A program made the translations under genes and the position numbers. A DNA stretch of 38,422 nt. Origin: Patescibacteria group bacterium (GTDB lineage Bacteria; Patescibacteriota; Minisyncoccia; Phycocordibacterales; UBA2100). Positions 8,314-16,353 of this stretch are shown piece by piece. The stretch spans positions 1 through 38,422 of the forward strand of contig JANLHO010000057.1 of the NCBI GenBank assembly GCA_024654485.1, given 5' to 3'. The notes below the pieces were generated by a model that saw only the letters and a program-made list of their open reading frames with translations, had not been told where the DNA came from and made no database searches. Each line of letters starts with the position of its first letter. The stretch's first letter is position 1.

Positions 8314-9588
8314 ATGTGGGAAACATTTTTGCGCAAGATGAAGCTGGTCGTGGAGGACGGTGAGTTGCGCACGCGCATACTATTCGTCCTCGCGGCGCTC
8401 GTAGTCTTCCGATTTCTCGCGGCTATTCCGATACCCGGCATCAATGTGGCGGAACTTCAGGGATTCCTGAGCGGCAATCAGTTCTTCGGGCTGCTAAACA
8501 TCTTCTCCGGCGGCGGATTCTCCAATCTATCCATAGTTATGCTCGGCGTGGGGCCGTACATAACCGCTTCCATCGTCATGCAGCTCATGACGATACTTAT
8601 CCCGAGACTCAAAGAAATGTATCAGGAGGAAGGGGATTCCGGACGGCAGCGTTTCATGCAATATTCGCGCTATCTTACTGTGCCTCTCGCATTCGTACAG
8701 GCTTTCGGCTTCCTTCTTCTGTTGCAGCAAAACGGAATCGTGCCGGAATTGGCGCTCTCGCAGCTTCTGACCAACGTAACCGTTATCGCGGCCGGTTCCA
8801 TACTGCTTATGTGGATAGGCGAGCTTATCTCGGAATTCGGAGTCGGCAACGGCGTGTCGCTCATCATATTCGCCGGTATCGTGTCCAGTATTCCCACGAG
8901 CGTCGCGCAATTTGTTTTCTCTTTTGACGTTTCGCAGCTGCCAGCATACATCGCATTCACGGCAGCCGCTTTGGTAATCACTGCGGGCGTCGTGTTTATC
9001 ACAGAAGCGGAGCGCCCCATACCCGTCACGTATTCGCGTCGCGTACGCGGTATGAAGGTACTCGGCGGCATATCCACCTATCTCCCGATACGCGTCAACC
9101 AAGCGGGGGTAATACCGATAATCTTCGCACTCTCCATGCTGCTTTTCCCGCAGATGATAGCGACCTTTGTTGCGCGAAGCTCCATTCCCATATTGGCCGA
9201 CGCCGCGAATGCCGTTGTTGCGGGCCTAGCCGACCAATGGATATACGGCATCCTTTACTTCGCTCTCGTCGTTCTCTTTACGTACTTCTACACCGCCATC
9301 ACCTTTGAGCCGAACCAAGTGGCGAAAAACCTCCAGAAGAACGGCGCTTTTATCCCCGGCGTTCGCCCGGGTGGGCAGACCAGCGAGCATCTCGGCAACA
9401 TAATCACGCGCATTACTCTTGTCGGCGCGCTTTTCCTCGGCTCTCTTGCAGTCCTGCCGCTTATCTTGCGCGGCATCACGGGCATCACCGCGCTAACGAT
9501 AGGTGGCACGGCGCTCCTCATCGTGGTGTCCGTCGTTCTTGATGTCGTTAAGAAGGTAGACGCACAGACATCCATCAGGGAATACTAG
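8314..9588 (+). CDS. secY: Preprotein translocase subunit SecY
   Basis: LGVGPYITASIVMQL, GVGNGVSLIIFAGI, NQAGVIPIIFA, FIPGVRPG; multiple TM helices. Confidence 0.99.
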   Translation: MWETFLRKMKLVVEDGELRTRILFVLAALVVFRFLAAIPIPGINVAELQGFLSGNQFFGLLNIFSGGGFSNLSIVMLGVGPYITASIVMQLMTILIPRLKEMYQEEGDSGRQRFMQYSRYLTVPLAFVQAFGFLLLLQQNGIVPELALSQLLTNVTVIAAGSILLMWIGELISEFGVGNGVSLIIFAGIVSSIPTSVAQFVFSFDVSQLPAYIAFTAAALVITAGVVFITEAERPIPVTYSRRVRGMKVLGGISTYLPIRVNQAGVIPIIFALSMLLFPQMIATFVARSSIPILADAANAVVAGLADQWIYGILYFALVVLFTYFYTAITFEPNQVAKNLQKNGAFIPGVRPGGQTSEHLGNIITRITLVGALFLGSLAVLPLILRGITGITALTIGGTALLIVVSVVLDVVKKVDAQTSIREY

Positions 9589-10802
9589 ATGTCGTACCGG
9601 TCTCTGGTGTCATACCCGATTACGACGAACAGTTTGCCGCTTTCCGTTTCAGCAAGTTTCTTTGCGACATCTATCCCCGTTATCGTTGAGCGTCCATAGC
9701 GCTTCATGTCTTGGCGTTCAGATTCCTTAATGTCGGTTCGTACGACCTCTTCCGGCAAGTCTCTCCCGCTGCCCTCAAACTCACTCACGGTCTTTGAATC
9801 CGCGAATTCCCGTACGTCTGCCACGAGTTTCGCGGCTTGCTTGATAGCTGCGAACTCTATACCAGCAAAGGCTTGCCCTGGATGACGGTGCCGGGAGAAA
9901 TCTTCCGCTTTGAACCCCGCGAGCATCTCCTCGCGAACCTCTTTGCCATATTTTTCCTCGAACGCGACGCCTGCGGAGAATGGCTCATACGCGACAACTC
10001 GTGTCTCAGGCGCGATCTCCCTGAAGCGCTCCGTAATGCCGAGCGTGTTCGTTCCGTTGCCGACGGCCGACAATATGACGACATCCAGTGCCTCGTGCAT
10101 CGGTAAATCACGTTCTATCTCATCTGTTATCGCGTGCATTGTTTGCACGGCGTTCTCGTTCACGTCGCTGCCTGCACCGAGGATATTGCCCATGCTGTGA
10201 TTTATGAAAACTACATTGGCATGTTCTTTGAGATATTCATTCAGGAACGGTTTAAATCCGTTAACGTATAACTCAGGCGGGGTCATGTGCAGCCGTGCAC
10301 CTGCGGCCTCGATAGCCTCTTCTCGGGGCTTCTCTCCATCGGCTGGTATAGCGACCTCGCATCGGTATCCCAATCGCCTGCCCATTTCAGCGAAAGATAC
10401 GCCGGCGGTGCCAGAGGTAGTTTCAAGTACCGTGTCACCCGGTTTGATAATGCCAAGCCGCTCCTTTTCTTCGAACAAACGCAGATATACGCGGTCGTAA
10501 TGACTGTGGCCTACACCGTTCTCGAACTCCTGCTTCACGAAAAGCCTGTTTCCGTTCGGCAGTATATCTTCATGTTCCACGAGCGGCGTATCGCCGACTT
10601 CTTCCGCAAGTTCATCATATAGTGCTTGTCTGTCGGTCGGCAGCTCCACACCTTTGACAAATCGGTGCATTTGCAATGCGTGGCCGTATTCGCTCGTCGC
10701 TTGCGCAATACGCAGTTTTCTCTGGCGCGTGGTCTTTCTGGGAGTATCTCTCAACTCTTTGGCGATATGGTCACGATACTGCCGATGGTCGAAGTCTTCC
10801 AT
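9585..10802 (-). CDS. Fold-type II PLP-enzyme family protein (cysteine synthase-like) lacking the canonical Schiff-base lysine
   Basis: VGDTPLV, LFVKQEFEN, SHYDR (canonical SVKDR), ETTSGTAG, AVGNGT; start at ATG 10802 behind a TATCAT box. Confidence 0.8.
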   Translation of the reverse strand: MEDFDHRQYRDHIAKELRDTPRKTTRQRKLRIAQATSEYGHALQMHRFVKGVELPTDRQALYDELAEEVGDTPLVEHEDILPNGNRLFVKQEFENGVGHSHYDRVYLRLFEEKERLGIIKPGDTVLETTSGTAGVSFAEMGRRLGYRCEVAIPADGEKPREEAIEAAGARLHMTPPELYVNGFKPFLNEYLKEHANVVFINHSMGNILGAGSDVNENAVQTMHAITDEIERDLPMHEALDVVILSAVGNGTNTLGITERFREIAPETRVVAYEPFSAGVAFEEKYGKEVREEMLAGFKAEDFSRHRHPGQAFAGIEFAAIKQAAKLVADVREFADSKTVSEFEGSGRDLPEEVVRTDIKESERQDMKRYGRSTITGIDVAKKLAETESGKLFVVIGYDTRDRYDI

Positions 10803-10876
10803 GCCAATATGATACCCCATGACGGGTAGATGGAAGGATATCGTCAATCGGGGCGTGAAATGTTAGGATGGCGCGA

Positions 10877-11455
10877 ATGGCAAAGCAGGTAGTCGTGATA
10901 GCGGGACCATCGGGTAGCGGGAAAAATACCGTGATAACGCGCATCATGCAGGGATGTCACAATTGCGCTCGTCTCGTCACCGCTACGACGCGCAGCATGC
11001 GTCCGGGCGAGGTGGACGGGGTGGACTACCATTTTTTTACGCAGGAGCGTTTTGACGAAGAGATGTCAGCCGGCAACATCCCCGAGCACCGCTTCGTTCC
11101 CGCGCTTGGCACCTACTACGGCACATATTTGCCGGACCTTGAAAGACGCATAAAGGACAAAAAGGTAGTTTTCGCGCAGGTGGATATAGAGGGGGCCAAG
11201 CTACTCAAGGAGCGCTACGGAGCGACCACCATTTTCATCATGCCGGAATCCGTAGAGCAGTTCCGCGCGCGCCTTCGCGCCCGCAATCCGGAGTGGAGCA
11301 AGAAAGAGTTTGAGGCGCGGATGGCTATCACCGAGAACGAGATGCGCGCTCATGCTCCCCAGTACGATTATCGTGTAGTCAACGCGGATGGCAGGCTGGA
11401 CGAAACGGCACGCGAGGTTGTGGAAATCTTGCGCAAAGAGGGATACAATCTCTAG
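10877..11455 (+). CDS. gmk: Guanylate kinase
   Basis: GPSGSGK P-loop, TTRSMRPGEVDGVDYHF, YYGT. Confidence 0.95.
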   Translation: MAKQVVVIAGPSGSGKNTVITRIMQGCHNCARLVTATTRSMRPGEVDGVDYHFFTQERFDEEMSAGNIPEHRFVPALGTYYGTYLPDLERRIKDKKVVFAQVDIEGAKLLKERYGATTIFIMPESVEQFRARLRARNPEWSKKEFEARMAITENEMRAHAPQYDYRVVNADGRLDETAREVVEILRKEGYNL

Positions 11456-11463
11456 GAATTGTT

Positions 11464-11604
11464 ATGAGCGAAGCGAATTATAATTTCTTGACCCTGTTTA
11501 ATCCCGCTAAAAGCGGGTCGCCGCAAAGCGGCGAATTTAACAGGGTGCAAGTGATTCTAACCTCCTCACTAACTGGCAAGTCGCCAAGAATCACTAACAT
11601 ATGA
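11464..11604 (+). repeat. Structured intergenic repeat family A, copy 3; also an intact 46-aa bridge ORF (MSEANYNFLTLFNP...RITNI)
   Basis: Same flanks as copies 1 and 2 but covaried arms accctgtt/aacagggt; ATG 8 nt after the gmk stop, TGA overlaps the adk start (ATGA). Confidence 0.8.
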
Positions 11605-12188
11605 AGCCCCTAACGGTTCTTTTTTTCGGGTCGCAAGGGGCCGGCAAGGGGACGCAGGTCAAGATGCTCATGGATTTGCTGCGCTCCAAATCCGACAGGG
11701 AAATTATCCGCATAGACATGGGTCAGGAATTGCGGAACTTGAGGGACACCGGCACGTATGCGGGGAAGCTGACGGGCGAGATAATAGACAACGGAATTCG
11801 CATATATGATTTCATGGCTATTTATCTTCAGACAAAGTTGCTGATGGAGAATTTTACGGGCGAAGAACACATAATAGCCGACGGTCTGGCTCGCGGCGAC
11901 GACCAGACGAGAGGGTTTGACGACATGATGAAATTCTTCAAGCGCGATGATCTTCAGGTGGTCAATCTTGTTATATCCGACGATACAGCGGTCAAGCGCC
12001 TCTTGGCGCGGGGCCGCAACGACGACACGGAGGAGGCGATACGAAGGCGTCTCGCGTGGACCAAGACGGATGTCCTGCCGCAGTTGGAGCTTTTGAAAAG
12101 CCGCGGGCGCACCGTACACGAAATAGACGGCGAGCCGGACGTCAAGACGATACACAATAATATACTCGCGGCACTCGGATTGTCATGA
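11601..12188 (+). CDS. adk: Adenylate kinase (short form, no long LID)
   Basis: GSQGAGKGTQ P-loop, RGRNDDTEEAIRRRL; secY-adk-map context. Confidence 0.88.
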   Translation: MKPLTVLFFGSQGAGKGTQVKMLMDLLRSKSDREIIRIDMGQELRNLRDTGTYAGKLTGEIIDNGIRIYDFMAIYLQTKLLMENFTGEEHIIADGLARGDDQTRGFDDMMKFFKRDDLQVVNLVISDDTAVKRLLARGRNDDTEEAIRRRLAWTKTDVLPQLELLKSRGRTVHEIDGEPDVKTIHNNILAALGLS

Positions 12189-12319
12189 CCCGCACACTAA
12201 TTTTGCCGATGCCTCTTATGAACACTGCCGATTACATGGAAATGATTATCAATAGTCAGCATTCCGCGCGCGTAGCATATTGCTACGGCACGGAATGTCG
12301 GCAATTTTAGTGTGCGGGC

Positions 12320-13087
12320 ATGATAGTAAGAACGAAATCGGATGTTGCGGCGTTGAGAGAAGGCGGCAAGAGGCTCGCTCGTCATGTGCGCGTCCTGAGC
12401 GAGATGGTCGCCCCCGGCATCACGTCGCGCGAGCTTGAGATGCATGCACGAGAGAGGGTGCGTGCGGAGGGCGACGAGATGGCTTTTTTCGGACACAAAG
12501 AGAGGAACGAAGAGCCGTACCCTTCTGGCCTGTGTCTTTCGGTGAACGACGTTATCGTGCATTCACCCGCAGGGCAGAACGAGGTAGTAATACAGGATGG
12601 CGACATCGTGTGTCTGGACTTCGGTATCAAGCACGAGGGGCTCATCACCGACCATGCGGTAACGGTGATAGCGGGCACGCCGAAGAGTCCGGCCGACGAG
12701 AAGCTGGTGCGCGGCACGTATGAGGCGCTTGCTGCGGGCATCAAAGAGGCTAAGCCCGGCAATACGACTGGAGATATAGGATACGCGGTGCAGCAGATCG
12801 CCGAGAAATACGGCTTCGGCTACCCGAAACACCTCTCCGGGCACGGCGTCGGGCTGAAGGTACACGAGGAGCCGCACGTACCCAATTTCGGAGAGCCGGG
12901 CAAAGGAGTGAAGCTTGTGGAGGGGTTGGTGATAGCCATTGAGCCGATGATGACGCTGGGAAGCGGTGAGCTGTATATAGACAAAGACGGCAGGTCGTAC
13001 CGCACGAAGGATGGCTCGCGCACCGCGCACGCGGAGCACACAGTACTCGTCACCAAAAAAGGCCCGGAGATTTTGACCAAGGAATAG
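12320..13087 (+). CDS. map: Methionine aminopeptidase type I
   Basis: CLSVNDVIVH, DFG..D, GHGVG..VHEEP, IAIEPM, AHAEHT. Confidence 0.97.
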   Translation: MIVRTKSDVAALREGGKRLARHVRVLSEMVAPGITSRELEMHARERVRAEGDEMAFFGHKERNEEPYPSGLCLSVNDVIVHSPAGQNEVVIQDGDIVCLDFGIKHEGLITDHAVTVIAGTPKSPADEKLVRGTYEALAAGIKEAKPGNTTGDIGYAVQQIAEKYGFGYPKHLSGHGVGLKVHEEPHVPNFGEPGKGVKLVEGLVIAIEPMMTLGSGELYIDKDGRSYRTKDGSRTAHAEHTVLVTKKGPEILTKE

Positions 13088-13101
13088 AGTAGAATGCCAG
13101 C

Positions 13102-13641
13102 ATGAATATCACGTTGTTCGGCTCCGAGAATGAAGTTGCCGATATCTACAAGCAAGCAACTGTCGAGCTAGCCGGACTTGTCGCCAAGGGTGGGCATACC
13201 ATTGTATGGGGAGCAATCGACGGTGGTCTTATGAAGGTTGCGGTCGACACCATGCAAGCACGTGGCGCAAAAATTATCGGCATCGGCGCCGATTACATCA
13301 GAAGCAAAATGCGTGCCTCGGCGGATGAAATCATAATGGCGTCCGGTATGGACGATCGCAACACGAAAATGTTGGAGTATGGTGACGCTATTCTCGCCCT
13401 CCCGGGCGGCGTTGGAACGATAAATGAAGTTACGTACGTTTTGCGGCTCAAGAAGCACGGATTCGCAAAGCCGATAGCTGTGCTGAATACGGACGGATTC
13501 TTCGACGGGCTCAAAGCACAATTGGAGCGCATGAACGCGGAAGGTTTCCTCAAGAATCGTCTTGAGGGTATTGCCTGTTTCGCCGACACGCCCGAAGAGG
13601 CGATGCGGTATGTTGAGAAGCATGGTGCCGGCGCTCTTTGA
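13102..13641 (+). CDS. LOG family nucleotide phosphoribohydrolase-like protein
   Basis: GLM...GAKIIG, ALPGGVGTINE (PGGxGTxxE), LNTDGFFD. Confidence 0.9.
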   Translation: MNITLFGSENEVADIYKQATVELAGLVAKGGHTIVWGAIDGGLMKVAVDTMQARGAKIIGIGADYIRSKMRASADEIIMASGMDDRNTKMLEYGDAILALPGGVGTINEVTYVLRLKKHGFAKPIAVLNTDGFFDGLKAQLERMNAEGFLKNRLEGIACFADTPEEAMRYVEKHGAGAL

Positions 13642-13700
13642 GTAGGCATATTACGGTGCTGGACAATGCAAGTTAACAATGCATCCGCCTATTCTAGAGA

Positions 13701-13739
13701 CGGTACAAATAAATGACACCTGTCATCCATTTGGTACCA
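13701..13739. repeat. Palindromic direct repeat, copy 1 (just past the stop codon of the PaaX-like gene)
   Basis: cggtacaaataaATGACAccTGTCATccatttggtacca; first 26 nt are 25/26 identical to copy 2. Confidence 0.9.
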
Positions 13740-14312
13740 CTATTTCAACCCGAAATGCTTCGTGAGTTTCTCCGAGCCATCAATATTTTCTGCGCTGATG
13801 AACGAAACGTACTTTGTGATTCCATAAAATCGGCAAATCGGCAGCACGGTATCCCTTATCGGAAATGGATAAACGAGTACGGATTGCTGGTATTGCACTA
13901 ATCCAAGACCAAGCAATATACGGTTGAACGCTTTTCGCGCGGAAGATTCAGGGAGTGGGATATCAAATAAAACAAGGTGCCACGTTCCGTTCCAGTGTTG
14001 TTGACGAGGGATGCGAAGATTCTCCAGTTCTGCGGCGGACAGTATGCGCGAACCCTTGTCGCTGACGGCATATCTAACGCCATGTTTGGCAAGATACCCC
14101 TGTTTCTTCATGTTGCGGACCTTGCGTGATACGTACCGTCTGTTCTCGCGAGTGTCGCCGAGCGTGAATTCTTTGAGAAGACGGTTCATGGCGCGAGGCG
14201 ATGGAGCGCCGCCGAGCCCGATTACCAGCGCTCCTATGGCGATCATTTGTAGTATTTGCACTGTGCGTTGTCGGCCGATGCTCCTTTTGTTAGCAATTGC
14301 AGATTTCCTCAT
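13740..14312 (-). CDS. PaaX-like protein (winged helix plus Cas2-like central domain)
   Basis: wHTH-like RNMKKQGYL...YAVSDKG; WNGTWHLVLFDIP...R..F...L..LGL..YQQSV..P motif; start ATG 14312. Confidence 0.8.
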   Translation of the reverse strand: MRKSAIANKRSIGRQRTVQILQMIAIGALVIGLGGAPSPRAMNRLLKEFTLGDTRENRRYVSRKVRNMKKQGYLAKHGVRYAVSDKGSRILSAAELENLRIPRQQHWNGTWHLVLFDIPLPESSARKAFNRILLGLGLVQYQQSVLVYPFPIRDTVLPICRFYGITKYVSFISAENIDGSEKLTKHFGLK

Positions 14313-14318
14313 ATTATG

Positions 14319-14356
14319 CGGTACAGATAAATGACACCTGTCATGTAATTGTACCA
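14319..14356. repeat. Palindromic direct repeat, copy 2 (6 nt upstream of the PaaX-like start; contains minus-strand TACAAT)
   Basis: cggtacagataaATGACAccTGTCATgtaattgtacca. Confidence 0.9.
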
Positions 14357-14409
14357 TCCGGAGGAGTTCTCGGTAATGGATGACGATGAACGGTGATACA
14401 ATCCTGTCT

Positions 14410-15675
14410 ATGGACGTATTGCTTGTGGGCGGTGGTGGGCGCGAGCACTCCCTCGCGTGGAAGCTCGCGCAGTCGCCGCAGATAGGCAAGCTCTATATCG
14501 CTCCCGGCAACGGCGGCACGGCGCGTCTGGGCGAGAATGTTCCCATCGGGGCGATGGAATTTGAAAAGCTGGCGGATTTTGCCGCAGAAAAGAATGTCGG
14601 ACTTACGGTGTGCAGCATGGACGATCCGCTTGCCGCCGGTATCGTGGACCTTTTTCGGGAGCGCGGCTTGCGGATATGGGGTCCTTCCAAGTCGGCGGCC
14701 AGAGTAGAAAGCTCCAAAGCATTCGCCAAGCAGCTCATGAGCGATGCGAAAGTCCCGACCGCAGCTTTCAAGGTCTTCACCGCATACGCACCCGCTCTAG
14801 GGTATGTGCGCCGGCAGGGCGTACCTATCGTCATAAAGGCGAGCGGTCTCGCACTCGGCAAGGGAGTGTATGTGTGCAAGACAGTGGAGGAAGCGGAGGC
14901 CGCTCTAAAAGAAATTCTGGTAGACAGAGTACACAATGATGCGGGCAGCGAGGTCGTGATAGAGGAATTTCTGGACGGTCCGGAGATATCCATACACGCT
15001 CTTTGCGACGGATCCACGCACCTCATGTTCCCCCCGTCGCAGGATCACAAAACTATATTTGAAGGCAATGAAGGTCCAATGACGGGCGGGATGGGTACAT
15101 ACGTCCCGGTACCGTGGGTGGATGAGGATGCTATGAGCGGCATAGAGGCGCAGGTGGTGGGGCCGACGCTTGACGCTCTTGGTCGCTCCGGCGTGCAATT
15201 CACAGGCCTTCTTTACCCGGGGCTAAAGATGACGGCGGAGGGACCGAAGGTGCTGGAGTTCAATGCGCGCTTCGGCGACCCCGAATGCCAAGCCTACATG
15301 CGCCTCATGAAGAGCGATCTTCTGGAGCTACTGGAGGCATCCGCCGATGGCACATTGGATGGCGTGCGAATTGAGTGGCAAAGCGGCTTCGCCGTCAACA
15401 TAGTCATAGCTTCCGGCGGCTATCCGGGAGAGTACAAAAAAGGACTTCCCATCACGGGCATAGAGGAGGCGGAGAAGATATCCGGCGTCGTCGTGTTTCA
15501 CGCGGGTACGAGATTGGAGGGTGACGTGCCCGTTACGAACGGCGGGCGCGTACTCGGAGTGTCGGCTGTGGGGCGGACTCTCAAGGAAGCTCTGGACAGT
15601 GCCTACAAAGCCGCCGATACAATTCAATTTGAGGGCAAATACTTCCGCCGCGATATAGGAGCGGGGGCGCTATGA
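14410..15675 (+). CDS. purD: Phosphoribosylamine--glycine ligase
   Basis: VGGGGREH, APGNGG, QDHK...GPMTGGMG, EFNARFGDPE, NGGRVL; TACAAT 7 nt upstream of ATG 14410. Confidence 0.97.
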   Translation: MDVLLVGGGGREHSLAWKLAQSPQIGKLYIAPGNGGTARLGENVPIGAMEFEKLADFAAEKNVGLTVCSMDDPLAAGIVDLFRERGLRIWGPSKSAARVESSKAFAKQLMSDAKVPTAAFKVFTAYAPALGYVRRQGVPIVIKASGLALGKGVYVCKTVEEAEAALKEILVDRVHNDAGSEVVIEEFLDGPEISIHALCDGSTHLMFPPSQDHKTIFEGNEGPMTGGMGTYVPVPWVDEDAMSGIEAQVVGPTLDALGRSGVQFTGLLYPGLKMTAEGPKVLEFNARFGDPECQAYMRLMKSDLLELLEASADGTLDGVRIEWQSGFAVNIVIASGGYPGEYKKGLPITGIEEAEKISGVVVFHAGTRLEGDVPVTNGGRVLGVSAVGRTLKEALDSAYKAADTIQFEGKYFRRDIGAGAL

Positions 15676-16247
15676 TCGTTTGGCCTGTCATCGTTGGTTC
15701 GGTCATAAACCTTTTCGGGAGTTCATACTACATCTGGAACACGATTCGGGGAGTGACGAAACCTAATCGTGTCACTTGGCTCATGTGGGCAATTGCGCCC
15801 CTGATCGGGAGCGCAGCAGCTTTCACGAGCGGAGTGTCGTGGGCGGTCTTGCCTGTCTTTATGTCCGGATTTTTCCCACTGCTCGTATTCCTCTCATCAT
15901 TTGTCAATAAGAACGCTTACTGGCAACTTGGGAGATTCGACTATGTATGCGGTGGTATTTCCGCGCTAGCGCTCCTGCTATGGGCACTTACTAGCAATCC
16001 TATCATCGCGATCATTCTCGCTATAGCAGCAGACGCGTTCGCCGGTATCCCCACCGTTATCAAAGCATGGAAATACCCCGAGACTGAAACGGCTACAGGA
16101 TACGCGGCGAACGGCATCAACAACCTGACGAGTTTTTTCGTTATTAGGCAGTGGACGTTCGCAAGTTATGCTTTCCCGCTATATCTCGTCGCAATGAACA
16201 CGTATTTTGTCTTCGCCCTTCTTAGGAAGCGTGTGAGGTTTTCCTGA
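15672..16247 (+). CDS. Hypothetical multi-pass membrane protein
   Basis: About 6-7 hydrophobic segments; KPNRVTW and PTVIKAWKYPETE; ATGA overlap with purD. Confidence 0.8.
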   Translation: MIVWPVIVGSVINLFGSSYYIWNTIRGVTKPNRVTWLMWAIAPLIGSAAAFTSGVSWAVLPVFMSGFFPLLVFLSSFVNKNAYWQLGRFDYVCGGISALALLLWALTSNPIIAIILAIAADAFAGIPTVIKAWKYPETETATGYAANGINNLTSFFVIRQWTFASYAFPLYLVAMNTYFVFALLRKRVRFS

Positions 16248-16353
16248 TATACTTTTCACATGCCTCCGACCACGCTGGAGCGGCAGCGTACCGCTGCGCC
16301 GCCGGACCCCGAAAGAAATAACGGACGCCACATGGCTGTTGTAGAATTAGTCT

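Noticed and set aside
13701..14356. CRISPR array or true cas2 gene
   Set aside because: Only two repeats, 618 bp apart and flanking a gene; no spacers or other cas genes; the protein has an N-terminal wHTH typical of PaaX-like proteins
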